DNA of 41,459 nucleotides from positions 1-41,459 of the IMG/VR virus record IMGVR_UViG_3300020045_004402; one strand, written 5' to 3'. Made by a program: the position numbers and the translations under genes. The notes under the pieces were generated by a model. That model was not told where the DNA came from. It did no database searches and saw only the letters and a list, made by a program, of their open reading frames with translations. Source of the DNA: a virus (lineage: Duplodnaviria; Caudoviricetes). Positions 18,535 through 28,300 of this stretch are shown here, in pieces; the first letter of the stretch is position 1; every line of letters begins with the position of its first letter.

Positions 18535-20074
18535 ACGTTTGATTGGATTTTCTCGTGTGGATAATTTTTTCGGCGTAAATGCGAAAGATTCGTCTCCAAA
18601 CATGAATGACGGTGAGTGGCATAGAGACTCAATCAATGTAGTCTCTGACCCTCAGGGTGCGTTAGGCTCTCGTCCTGGCTTTACCGCTATTACAGCAGGC
18701 TCTATCGGCTCTACTAACGATTGGTGTGGCTTCTTTGAGTATCAAGTGCATTCAGGCGGCTCAACGAGTAAATACTACGTCGGAGGAGGTTCTAACGGTT
18801 GGGTTTATAACTACACAGGTGGAGTTTACACGGTTATAGGCAAGGGATACAGCACATCTTTAGATGATGATAAGCGATTCAACTTCTTCACTTTAAACAA
18901 TGTTCTTACAGTTATTCCTGGAGCAGGAGACTGGCCTGGACTTTGGTCAGGTAGCGGCTCGATACTTTCACATACGACAGCTGTGACAGCTGATTGGGGT
19001 ATGGAATGGCAAAGATACGGATGGCTTCACTCAACGGTAGACCCAAGACTTATTTACTACAATGCTGTCATTGGTGCTCCTGATTCCGCTTACACAGACT
19101 TCCTTAACTTTGATGATGACGGTGAGCCTCTCACTGGTGGAGGAAAGCAAGGCGACGATTTGATTGTAGGCAAGGAGCACGCTCTTCACCGTGTACAGTA
19201 TCGAGGCACAAGCCCTTTATTTAAGAAATACCGACTTCCAGCGAAGATTGGTCCAGTAAACTTTGAAACGTGCAAGACTCTTCCTGATGGAAGCCTTGTA
19301 TTCCTATCACCTGACTGTAACTTTTACAGGCTTGTAGGCGACACACCGATTCCAGTCGGAGACAACATCCAGCCCTATGTTAAAGATGGAGTGTTCTCAA
19401 GGCTTAAGTTCGCTGTGTCTGGTATAAATTATAAACGAAGCCAGTATTGGTGTGCCTTTACGTATACCTCTGGAGCTACGCAGAATGACCGAACGATAGT
19501 TATGGACTGGTCGAGGCCTTATGAGGATTTGTGGGGCAAGACTCAATATCCGTGGTTCATCACTGACATCGTAGCAAACTGCTTTGCTGAGGTGACCGTA
19601 TCTGGTGAGAACCTTCTCTATCACGGAGACTATGCTGGTAAGGTTCACAAAGACGATACCGGCACGAATGACAACGGAGCTACCTTCACCTCATTCTACC
19701 GTTCAAAGGTATTTGACTTTGGCGACCTTACAATTGAGAAGAAATACCCACACATTGAGTTTTCGTATGAAAACAAAGGTGATTGGAATTTAGACATAGG
19801 TCTTGTAGCAGATGAGAACGCCGCTACGCAAAAGATTTTAACTCAAAACATGCAGTCTGGTATTACAGACTCACCACGGTGGGACTACGTGACATGGGAC
19901 AACTTCAGTTGGTCGGCTGAGTCGGACTCTAACAAGACGAGGCATGTTGACCTTCAAGGTAAGACGCTTTATACAACTTTTAGCACTGATGGCTTAGATG
20001 AAGCTTGGAACGTGTATTGGTATGTTCTACATGCTCGTCCCTTATTTAGAAGCTCAAGAAAGAGGGAGAGTTAA
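18524..20074 (+). CDS. Tail nozzle / tail tubular protein B-like (P22 gp10/T7 gp12 class)
   Basis: 516 aa beta-propeller-like; N-terminal NFFGVN...NV...GALGSRPG; C-terminal YRSKVFDFG. Confidence 0.7.
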   Translation: MFNKRLIGFSRVDNFFGVNAKDSSPNMNDGEWHRDSINVVSDPQGALGSRPGFTAITAGSIGSTNDWCGFFEYQVHSGGSTSKYYVGGGSNGWVYNYTGGVYTVIGKGYSTSLDDDKRFNFFTLNNVLTVIPGAGDWPGLWSGSGSILSHTTAVTADWGMEWQRYGWLHSTVDPRLIYYNAVIGAPDSAYTDFLNFDDDGEPLTGGGKQGDDLIVGKEHALHRVQYRGTSPLFKKYRLPAKIGPVNFETCKTLPDGSLVFLSPDCNFYRLVGDTPIPVGDNIQPYVKDGVFSRLKFAVSGINYKRSQYWCAFTYTSGATQNDRTIVMDWSRPYEDLWGKTQYPWFITDIVANCFAEVTVSGENLLYHGDYAGKVHKDDTGTNDNGATFTSFYRSKVFDFGDLTIEKKYPHIEFSYENKGDWNLDIGLVADENAATQKILTQNMQSGITDSPRWDYVTWDNFSWSAESDSNKTRHVDLQGKTLYTTFSTDGLDEAWNVYWYVLHARPLFRSSRKRES

Positions 20075-21036
20075 TGGATTTAAGACCAGCATTTACATCT
20101 TTTGATAATCCAAATGATATTCTTGAATTAAAAAGAATAATACAAGAAATGTCCGACGAGTTAGATATTATATACACAACTTCTAATCCAAACGGAGTAG
20201 TAAGCGCCCGTCAAGGAAGAAGAGCAATTTACAAAAATGGAAGTAGTTACGAAACATATACTAATGTGGACGGACTTACTACATGGGTAAGAGTCGGTGG
20301 TTCACTGAACGCTCTGTGGGTAGTGGATGGCACTGAGACGCAACTTTCCACCGCCGATGAGATTGACATGCAGTCAAAGAAAATTATCAATGTCACAGAC
20401 CCAACGGCGGCGCAAGATGCAGCGACGAAGGCATCCAGTGAATTATATGCTAACGGAAAAATATCTAAAACTACTGCTGGCGAAATCTCCGCAATGACGG
20501 AGAAGACAACTCTTGTTGACGCTGACTTGTTTTTAATTGAGGACAGCGCCGCAGGAAATGCGAAGAAGAAAGTTCAGAAGAGTAATGTTTCTCAAAAGGT
20601 TTTAAGCAATGTCATTTTCTTAGATGATTTAACTATGGGTGATGCTACCTATGAACTTATCTCAAATACCTCTCTAACTGCTTCGCCAGGAACAAATGTA
20701 TATAGGTATTATATACGCTCTGTTTCTACCTCTTACTCGGAGGTACGTCCTAAGATAAGATGGGTAAAAATAGCTGGAGTTTCAACAATAACAGTAGTTG
20801 CTTACGTTTGGCAGTTTACAGCAGATAGTCAAACTCAAGGTTTTCAGGTTGATGTTGGTGGTCAGACAGGAGAGAATTCAAGTATTAGCAACACGCAAAC
20901 GCCAACAAGAGTTTCATTTACTATTGATGTATCTGGTTTAGTAAATGGAACTGAATACGATATTAAATTTAACGGTAAAAGACAAAGCACAACGTCGAAT
21001 GTTTATACTGGACTTGTTGCGTTATTTGGAATCTGA
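20074..21036 (+). CDS. Tail fibre/spike-like protein
   Basis: IDMQSKKIINVTDPTAAQDAATK fibre motif; beta-rich C-terminal head. Confidence 0.65.
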   Translation: MDLRPAFTSFDNPNDILELKRIIQEMSDELDIIYTTSNPNGVVSARQGRRAIYKNGSSYETYTNVDGLTTWVRVGGSLNALWVVDGTETQLSTADEIDMQSKKIINVTDPTAAQDAATKASSELYANGKISKTTAGEISAMTEKTTLVDADLFLIEDSAAGNAKKKVQKSNVSQKVLSNVIFLDDLTMGDATYELISNTSLTASPGTNVYRYYIRSVSTSYSEVRPKIRWVKIAGVSTITVVAYVWQFTADSQTQGFQVDVGGQTGENSSISNTQTPTRVSFTIDVSGLVNGTEYDIKFNGKRQSTTSNVYTGLVALFGI

Positions 21037-21104
21037 TGAAAAAATTCGGCAACGGCGGTTCAGGAATTTGTGTGGTGATGTATTAAAAAAAAGGAGTTGA
21101 GAAA

Positions 21105-21812
21105 ATGAACTTTTTAAGAATTCTGTTTGACGAACGAGGCACGACATTAGCTATCACAAGAGTTTCATCTGGAGCCATCGCCACAGCAGCAATTCAGTCC
21201 ACAAGAGACGCTCAAGTCGAAGCTGTAGTCAACGGAGCAATCGACTCTGATTCAAACATCGCCGCTGATGGAGTAAAGGCAGTAGCTTTAAATTCTGACG
21301 TCGTTAATGCAAACAACGGACTCAAGCAAGAGGCAAACGGCAGCCTCTCAGTCGACCCTTCAGACACGAATCCGTGCCTTGAGATTACAGACGGTGGTGT
21401 GAGGGTGAAGGTTACAGGATTGATTAACAGAACTTCCTCAGGGTTAGAGTTTGGAATATCTGGTGACATTTTATTAACAACTGTTTCAACAGCAAGAACT
21501 GGTTGGACAAACGTTTCTTCGACGTATTCAAATAAGTTTATACGAATTAACGCAACTGCATTATCGGCTGGCGGCGCGGATACGCATACTCACGGTGCTG
21601 GAAGTTATGCTGGGCCGAGTCATACGCATTCAGGCACGACTGATGGCGTCACGTTTGGCGGTGGCGGAAGTTTAACGGCTGGGGCGTTAGACACAACGCA
21701 TACGCATACATTCACAACGGGTGCTGGTGGCACAGGCGCTGTCACAGGAACATCAGCAAGCGGCGATAATGTCCCTGCTTACATGACGTTAATTATGTTT
21801 CAAAAGGATTAA
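21105..21812 (+). CDS. Tail fibre/needle-like protein with Flp-like leader
   Basis: Repeated HTH metal-binding fibre-tip motifs, GG.DTHTH and NVPAYMTL..K C-terminus; leader MNFLRILFDERG. Confidence 0.7.
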   Translation: MNFLRILFDERGTTLAITRVSSGAIATAAIQSTRDAQVEAVVNGAIDSDSNIAADGVKAVALNSDVVNANNGLKQEANGSLSVDPSDTNPCLEITDGGVRVKVTGLINRTSSGLEFGISGDILLTTVSTARTGWTNVSSTYSNKFIRINATALSAGGADTHTHGAGSYAGPSHTHSGTTDGVTFGGGGSLTAGALDTTHTHTFTTGAGGTGAVTGTSASGDNVPAYMTLIMFQKD

Positions 21813-21815
21813 TTA

Positions 21816-22127
21816 ATGTTTAACTTAGTCAGAAAACAAAAACGAGACATCTCCGGTGAGCTTATCAAAGAGCAAGCTCTTAAAAGTAAAGGCGTGTTGC
21901 TTGAGGTATTATCTGAAAGTATTGAGAAAGGTAATCGTCTTTGCCCTCTCCTTATGGGAAGTGCTTGCCTCGGAAAGGCTTGTATGTTTTTTATGCAGTT
22001 TAAAAGCGTGGATGAAAAAACCGGAGAATCTACAGATTTCTATAACTGCGCTTACGTGCAGACGCCGTTACTTCTTATTGAGTTAAACCGAAGTATTAAA
22101 ATTTTAAAGGAGGGAAAAAATGTTTAA
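21816..22127 (+). CDS. Hypothetical Cys-containing protein
   Basis: 103 aa; CPLL...C...C...C pattern. Confidence 0.65.
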   Translation: MFNLVRKQKRDISGELIKEQALKSKGVLLEVLSESIEKGNRLCPLLMGSACLGKACMFFMQFKSVDEKTGESTDFYNCAYVQTPLLLIELNRSIKILKEGKNV

Positions 22128-23016
22128 ATCGACTAAAAGACTTTTAGAAATTCTCAAAGATGAGAGTGGGATGGGGCTGCCATTGATAGCTGCTGGAGTT
22201 ATTGGCGGAGGCGCTTTAATGAAGGGTCTTCTTGGTAAGAACAAGGAAAAGACCATAGACCCTTACGCCGGATTGAGAGGCGATTATCAAAGCTACCTTC
22301 AAAAGAAGCTCGGCACATCAACTCCTTACTCGTACAACGAGGACTTTACGTTAGACCAGCCAAATATTGAGAAACAGACAGAGGGTGTCATCTCAGGAAA
22401 GCTTGGAAATCTTCCGAAGATTCAAAGCGACATCTATGATATTGGCACTAAGTATTACAATGCTCAGAAGGCTCAGATGACTGAGAGGCACGGCGAAGAG
22501 GCTAAGGCTAATCAGAATATGTATAACCGACTTGGGCTTGTCTCTTCAACTCCAGGGCTCCAGGCACAGACTGACCTTGGTAGGAAACAGGGTCAGGAGT
22601 TTAACGTACTTGAGGCAGACGTAGCTCGTCAAGGGATAGACCAAGAGATGAAAGCTTTAGCATTGGGCGAAGATATTGCAAATCAGTATCTCACTCAAGG
22701 ACAACAATTAGGAAATCTTCAAAGGGGCTACCAACGAGACTCAATGACGATGTCGATGGCTGACATCGAACGGATGGTTAATGAGGAGCAGGGCTATGCT
22801 CAGTTGGCTGGAGGACTATTAGAAGATAATCCACCAGAGACTTACTTCCAGCCTAACTTCTGGAGTCAGCTTGGAGACGCAGCAATGAGCGGAGGAACAA
22901 CTGCTTTAACCGCTGGAATGCTTGGTGGTGGTGGAGGTGGCACTGAGGGAACAGTTGGAAATACAGGAAAAACTCAAAGTCAGATATTAGGTAGAAGCAC
23001 AGCAAGATATAGATAA
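22120..23016 (+). CDS. Ejection/DNA-transfer protein (P22 gp7-like) with Flp-like leader
   Basis: SD aaggagg; MFKSTKRLLEILKDESG|MGLPLIAAGVIGGGALMKGLLG; Q-rich body with RLGLVSST motif; Gly-rich C-terminus. Confidence 0.65.
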   Translation: MFKSTKRLLEILKDESGMGLPLIAAGVIGGGALMKGLLGKNKEKTIDPYAGLRGDYQSYLQKKLGTSTPYSYNEDFTLDQPNIEKQTEGVISGKLGNLPKIQSDIYDIGTKYYNAQKAQMTERHGEEAKANQNMYNRLGLVSSTPGLQAQTDLGRKQGQEFNVLEADVARQGIDQEMKALALGEDIANQYLTQGQQLGNLQRGYQRDSMTMSMADIERMVNEEQGYAQLAGGLLEDNPPETYFQPNFWSQLGDAAMSGGTTALTAGMLGGGGGGTEGTVGNTGKTQSQILGRSTARYR

Positions 23017-23030
23017 AATCGGAGGCTAAC

Positions 23031-25238
23031 ATGGCTTTAGGAAGATATGTCATAGACAACCCAGAACCACCAACTGCAATGCAGAGTCTCGGAGGCAGCA
23101 TAAACGCATTGGGAAACGTTTATGTGCAGAAAAAGGTTTCTGATTTGAAGAGAAAGCAGGAGCTTGAGGATGCTATTGCTTTAATCAATGCTAAGACTGA
23201 GGCGGAGATGGAAAGTCCTTTAGGTAAACTAGACATTGAAACAAAACTTACGACATTAGACAAAAATAGAGAAGAGTTAGGATTACCAAGATTAGGAGAA
23301 AAACCAGCTCTCGGTAATATGCAAATTAACAGAGAGCCTGCATCTTTAAATACTCAAGATGTTCCTAATACACAAAATATTTCATTACCGCTATCTTCTC
23401 CAGCTTTAGCATTAGATAATCAAAGTTTCAGGATAAAAGAACTTGATAAATATGGGAGACCAACAGGGTACGAGATAAACAAGCCCACGGAAGCACAACA
23501 GAAGAGAAACGTTGAGAATGTTGAGCTTTCTGGGCAAACAAAGAATATCATGGAGTTATTTAATGCTGCCCGTCAGGAGTCAAAGGGTTCATTCGAGAAT
23601 GTCGGTAAGGAAGGAATCACTGGAAGAATTGCGAACATTGGAGCTATAGCAAAGGCTAAGTTTGGATACCTGCCTACTGTCAATGTTTTTCAAGATAGGA
23701 TAAAAGCTTTTGCTACAATTACCGCTAAACAAGCAGGGGAACAAAGGCCTACTGACGCTGATATAGAAAGATTTATCGGCGCAATGATGAACTTTAGGAA
23801 TAACGACAAAGAAAACGCCTTGCAAATAGGGCAACAGTTGAAAGATTTACAGTCACGCGGGTTAAACGTCGATTGGGCGAAACCCATCATGGAGCAGTTT
23901 GAGTCAATAACTGGGGTTTCTATAAATGCAGGAAAAGCTGTTAAACAAGAAGAAAAACCAATCTTCGGAGGTCAAAATAATCTAGAGAATACAATTTCTT
24001 CACAAGAAACTAGCGATAATTCGACACAAAGTGTTTTTGGGAATAGTATAAATCAACAATCATTCTCTCCAGAGAACGTTCCATTTCTTCCGAATATTGG
24101 AAAAACAGAAAATATGATTTCTAAGAGACCATCTGCTATTCAAGAATTAGTGAAAGACCCATCAACTTTCGGCAGATTTAAAAAACACCCATTGGGGACT
24201 TCTTTAAGAACAATGGCAGGGGCGGGAGAATTGGTAGAGGGCACTATAGCTAATGTTGGATTGGCTGCTCAACGTGGTTCAGCTGAGGGGCTGGGAAGGC
24301 AAATGTCTGATACATTCTCCGGTAAAAGACCGGCTCAGTTTGGAGACATTGTTAGGACTACCGGATTCGGCGGTGATTTAAACGAACCCTTAGCGAGAAC
24401 AACTGGATTACTCGCTTCTTCCGTTTCGGCTTTAAAAGTTTTAGATATACCAACAAAAGGAAAACTTATAAATTCTGTAAATAAGGCTGGGAGTTTTCTA
24501 AAGAGTAAACTTCCTACTTTTATGAACAAGGATTATATGATTAAGAGGGCAAATCTTGCATCTGATGGAATGGATGAATTGTACGAAGGCCTTTCAAAAG
24601 AATATGACACTATTTATGATAAGATTGGGAAGAATCAATTGAACAGAGTTCAGCAAGATTATTTGGAAAGCATCTTAAGTGAACTTCCAGAAAATGTTAT
24701 AAGTAAAATTTCAAAATCTAAACTTATTACAAAGACTAAAAATGGTGAGTTAGTCCCAGACTTGAATAACTTGAAAGCTATCAAAAACGTAATTAAGAGC
24801 GCTGTCCCTGAGAAGATTTGGCGTGGGAAAGCCATAGGTGATATGAACACCGCTGCTTTAGAGCAAAGTTACGGGAAAATTTCTCACATGATGTCTGAGG
24901 GGAATGATGAACTAATAAATCTAAACAAAAGATACGGTGAATTTAGAAATATGCAGAAAGAGATAAACAGCGTTATCTATGACCAGTTTGGAAATATAAA
25001 AACAAAAGCCCTTGAACAACTTTTCTCTAAATCAGGGGAGAGAGGGAAGCAAGTATTCTTCGAGAAATTTGCTCAGCAATGGCCTAAAGCTACTCAGATA
25101 ATAAAAGACACGCAGAAATATAACAGCAGACAAACTGCTAAAAAGATTGTCGGAGCAGGAGCCGGTATAGTAGGCGCAACCATGGTAGGTACGGCTGTAG
25201 CAAAACCTCTAATAAGAAAATTTGGTGGAGGTGGTTGA
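23031..25238 (+). CDS. Large internal virion/ejection protein
   Basis: 735 aa; EQRPTDADIERF motif; C-terminal Gly/Ala hydrophobic helix; position after the gp7-like gene. Confidence 0.6.
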   Translation: MALGRYVIDNPEPPTAMQSLGGSINALGNVYVQKKVSDLKRKQELEDAIALINAKTEAEMESPLGKLDIETKLTTLDKNREELGLPRLGEKPALGNMQINREPASLNTQDVPNTQNISLPLSSPALALDNQSFRIKELDKYGRPTGYEINKPTEAQQKRNVENVELSGQTKNIMELFNAARQESKGSFENVGKEGITGRIANIGAIAKAKFGYLPTVNVFQDRIKAFATITAKQAGEQRPTDADIERFIGAMMNFRNNDKENALQIGQQLKDLQSRGLNVDWAKPIMEQFESITGVSINAGKAVKQEEKPIFGGQNNLENTISSQETSDNSTQSVFGNSINQQSFSPENVPFLPNIGKTENMISKRPSAIQELVKDPSTFGRFKKHPLGTSLRTMAGAGELVEGTIANVGLAAQRGSAEGLGRQMSDTFSGKRPAQFGDIVRTTGFGGDLNEPLARTTGLLASSVSALKVLDIPTKGKLINSVNKAGSFLKSKLPTFMNKDYMIKRANLASDGMDELYEGLSKEYDTIYDKIGKNQLNRVQQDYLESILSELPENVISKISKSKLITKTKNGELVPDLNNLKAIKNVIKSAVPEKIWRGKAIGDMNTAALEQSYGKISHMMSEGNDELINLNKRYGEFRNMQKEINSVIYDQFGNIKTKALEQLFSKSGERGKQVFFEKFAQQWPKATQIIKDTQKYNSRQTAKKIVGAGAGIVGATMVGTAVAKPLIRKFGGGG

Positions 25239-25777
25239 TGGAAATGATAAACAAATTAAGGGTTGCAAGGGATTTAGAATCTCAAAGCAACAATGATACT
25301 GTTATTAAAATCGAGAAGACACCTACAGAGTATGAGATGGGTGCTAATAAGTATCTTTCGAGATTTAAAGGTTCTCCTATGACTGGAAGGATGTTAGACG
25401 AAGCGCACAGCATGGCTATGAATAAGTACAATATTGATGTTCCCTTGGAACTCTCTCTTTCCCAAGGGCAATTTGAGTCTCATTTTGGTACAGATAAGAA
25501 CCCTAATAGAGATTTTATAAACAATCCATATAATGTTGGTGCTGAGGACGAAGGTAACAAACAATCATTCAAATCTACTCAAGACGGTGTTAACGCTTAC
25601 TATGATTTAATGGCAAGGAAATATTTGAATAAAGCCAGACCAGAAGACTTGACTGTCAATTTTGTTAATGATGATGGGAAAAGATACGCTTCAGACCCAG
25701 ATTATGAATCTAAAATAAGGAATCAGATGGATTTCGTAAAGAAATACATTGGGAAGATAAGATTCTCTTCTGAATAG
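25235..25777 (+). CDS. Glucosaminidase-like (GH73/lysozyme-fold) peptidoglycan hydrolase
   Basis: SQGQFESHFG (catalytic Glu), NPYNVGA, F.S...GV.AY and YASDPDYESKI motifs. Confidence 0.8.
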   Translation: MMEMINKLRVARDLESQSNNDTVIKIEKTPTEYEMGANKYLSRFKGSPMTGRMLDEAHSMAMNKYNIDVPLELSLSQGQFESHFGTDKNPNRDFINNPYNVGAEDEGNKQSFKSTQDGVNAYYDLMARKYLNKARPEDLTVNFVNDDGKRYASDPDYESKIRNQMDFVKKYIGKIRFSSE

Positions 25778-25836
25778 TTATATCATCCCAGAACAGACGC
25801 CGAGATTCAACGGGTAAGAACTAAGTTCACAATACG

Positions 25837-25995
25837 TTAAAAACAAACTAAGCATGCTTGGTAGCACAGATTTCTATTCCCGCCGTCATTAACACATTCT
25901 CTGTAACACCTGTAGTCAAGCTCGCATCCTGAGTAGGCATACACAATTCCAGCGATTGAAATTAAAGCGATTGCTGCAATAATAATTCTTTTCAT
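25837..25995 (-). CDS. 52-aa secreted six-cysteine peptide; not in ORF track
   Basis: MKRIIIAAIALISIAGIVYA|YSGCELDYRCYRECVNDGGNRNLCYQACLVCF; SD aaggagg; ATGA overlap with the glycosyltransferase stop. Confidence 0.8.
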   Translation of the reverse strand: MKRIIIAAIALISIAGIVYAYSGCELDYRCYRECVNDGGNRNLCYQACLVCF

Positions 25996-28127
25996 TTCAC
26001 CCTCCTTATGGTTTTTAGGTTATGCTTAATATCCAAGTCTCTTGGGTTTATCTTTAACGCTTTTTCAAAAAAACCCTCTGCAGTATGATATCTTTTATTT
26101 ATCATCTCAAAGATTCCTAAGTTCTTCCATCCAATGGCGTAGCTTGGGAAGAGGTTCACCATCGATACGGTAACGGCATTGGCGTCATTAACCTTGCCTC
26201 TCTGACGGTAAATCTCTGCCAACTTATCTCCAACCTGCATGTCAGTTGTGTTAATTGAGAGAAACTCCTCAAAGTTCTTCTCAGCCTTGGAGAGGCAATC
26301 CTCAACAATCTTGTGTGCGTCTTCGTTATACATCTTCGCCGCCGACTTCTTTAGAGCGATGATGCTCTGGGCCTTGTTGTAGTAAGCGAATCCAAGCTTT
26401 GAAAGCATGACAAGCTCTATCGTCTGCATTTCGATAGGTACGTTGCACACCTCGAACTCTGTCTCCTTCTTAATCTCCTCTAAGATTTCAATCGCCTTGT
26501 CGTAGTCTTGAAAGCGCATGTGGCAGTCACCGAGCATCACAGCGGCCTCTGGGTGCTTCCATCCATGCCAAGCCTTAGCGAAGTTTGTCCTTGCGGCGTC
26601 TATCTGGTCACAGGTTAAAGCACAAGCGCCTCGTAGAATCCACATCTTTGGGATGAGTGGGTCTTTGCCGTTATCTGGAAACTTATCAAAGAACTTGTCT
26701 ATCCAGTGGATTGCCTCAACTGCTTTCTCCTTCGTGCCAAAAAGCATGAGTTCATTGACAATCGCAAAGTAGTGAAGTGAGTGGGCGCTTGGCAAGTTTA
26801 TCTCCTTCAGCGTGAGAGCGTAGTTTCTTAAGTTCTTCTTAGCGACTCGCTTGAAGACTTTATTGCCCAAGTGTTCAATGATTACATCTGTCCGCATAAC
26901 CTTAGCGTGAGGGTTGTGTTCTTTGTATGAGTAGGAGACGTCCTCATGCACGTTGTTTCTAAACTCAAGATAATCGTAACGCTTGAGGATTCGACTCTGC
27001 ATGATATGCTCATCTGCCTTACCTTCATTATGTGAGACGACGTGGCACACGAAAACATCTGTGTCAGGAAACCTACAGATGATGTCCTTTAGAGTCCACG
27101 GTGCAGGCACTACGTCATCACAGTCTAAGTACATCACGTAGTCGCCTGTGGCTTGCTTGAGCGTGACATTCCTCGCTTGGCTGAAGTTCTCGAACACTCC
27201 GACTGATATGTGGCTCTTGATGCTATACTTTCTTATCAATCCTTTAATGGACTGAATCTTAAAGTAGTTTTGCAGTCCCTTGTAGTTGATATAGATGCAA
27301 AGCTCATCTACCCAATCTTTTACGGAGTCAAGGCACTGCTTGATGTTTCTTAAGTCTTCATGTTGACCGATTATCATGCACAGAGAGATAGTCTTGTTAA
27401 ACTTCTTCTCCTCAAACATCGCCCGTATTATCTTTGAGATGTCGTTCCGTGCCTGAGTTCTTGCCCACCGTTTATAAGCCTCTTGGTCAAGTGAGTACAT
27501 CTGTTGTGAGTTTGTGTTCTCGAATATCTGGTCAGGAGCAGTCTTCTTATCAAATGGGTGCTTATGCTGGATGATTACATTTGAGTCGTAGTGAAGCCGA
27601 CCTATGCCCTTACCTATCGTTCCCCACACCCAATCACCACAGAGATGCTTTAATGCAGGTAGCTGAAGCCATCCTAACGTCCTAACTATGTTTCCAGAAA
27701 TCATTGTGTGAGACGGATACTTCTCTCCCGCTATCCTATCGTCTCCGTAAGCTACGCCCCAGCCGTCCATCTCCTTGATGTCGCTCATTAGCTTAACATC
27801 CCACACGGCGGTCAAGTAAACGAAGTCATCGTTGGTTAAGACATAGTATTTAAACTCTGGGAAAAGCCTAAACATATGGTTGAACATGTTAGTCGTCGTA
27901 TCTCTTTTGCCGACGTAGTAAGCTGTCTTTGTGCCAAGGAGCTCCTTGTATTCCTCAATCTTTTCGTCATCGTTGTCGAGGCAAACGAGCAAGCCTGTTT
28001 TAGGCGAGGACTTTTCATAGAAGCTCTTCACCATCTCTTTAAGTTTTTCTACTCTACCCCTCGATGGACATACCACGAGGCAGTCTTTGTCTTTAAGTGT
28101 TTCTTTGTTCATACAATTATGAAGCAT
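25992..28127 (-). CDS. Tandem GT-A/GT2 glycosyltransferase with C-terminal TPR repeats
   Basis: Domain 1 VCPSRGR...TNDDF; domain 2 ISLCMI...FSQARN...YLDCDD...VHE; TPR-like helices. Confidence 0.85.
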   Translation of the reverse strand: MLHNCMNKETLKDKDCLVVCPSRGRVEKLKEMVKSFYEKSSPKTGLLVCLDNDDEKIEEYKELLGTKTAYYVGKRDTTTNMFNHMFRLFPEFKYYVLTNDDFVYLTAVWDVKLMSDIKEMDGWGVAYGDDRIAGEKYPSHTMISGNIVRTLGWLQLPALKHLCGDWVWGTIGKGIGRLHYDSNVIIQHKHPFDKKTAPDQIFENTNSQQMYSLDQEAYKRWARTQARNDISKIIRAMFEEKKFNKTISLCMIIGQHEDLRNIKQCLDSVKDWVDELCIYINYKGLQNYFKIQSIKGLIRKYSIKSHISVGVFENFSQARNVTLKQATGDYVMYLDCDDVVPAPWTLKDIICRFPDTDVFVCHVVSHNEGKADEHIMQSRILKRYDYLEFRNNVHEDVSYSYKEHNPHAKVMRTDVIIEHLGNKVFKRVAKKNLRNYALTLKEINLPSAHSLHYFAIVNELMLFGTKEKAVEAIHWIDKFFDKFPDNGKDPLIPKMWILRGACALTCDQIDAARTNFAKAWHGWKHPEAAVMLGDCHMRFQDYDKAIEILEEIKKETEFEVCNVPIEMQTIELVMLSKLGFAYYNKAQSIIALKKSAAKMYNEDAHKIVEDCLSKAEKNFEEFLSINTTDMQVGDKLAEIYRQRGKVNDANAVTVSMVNLFPSYAIGWKNLGIFEMINKRYHTAEGFFEKALKINPRDLDIKHNLKTIRRVK

Positions 28128-28141
28128 TTTTTATCCTTTCT

Positions 28142-28300
28142 TTAATCACATTGACACTGTTGACCGATTGATGGGCGGCACTCCACTACATCTTGGCAAA
28201 TAAATTCCTTTTTATAAGATAAAAAATAAGACATGAACATAATCACGATAACAAGAACTGCAATAATGAAAATGTGAAAATTATCGATAAATTTATACAA
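28142..28300 (-). CDS. 52-aa single-TM protein with four Cys; not in ORF track
   Basis: TTG start with SD aaggag; MYKFIDNFHIFIIAVLVIVIMFMSYFLSYKKEFICQDVVECRPSIGQQCQCD. Confidence 0.5.
   Translation of the reverse strand: MYKFIDNFHIFIIAVLVIVIMFMSYFLSYKKEFICQDVVECRPSIGQQCQCD

Noticed and set aside
10182-21812. Diversity-generating retroelement or invertible tail-fibre cassette
   Set aside because: No reverse transcriptase, invertase or TR/VR repeat pair seen.
129-24850. Many short antisense or nested ORFs in the track (and plus-strand ORFs within 26518-39463)
   Set aside because: They are shadows of long, SD-supported, coupled genes on the other strand or frame and carry no motifs.
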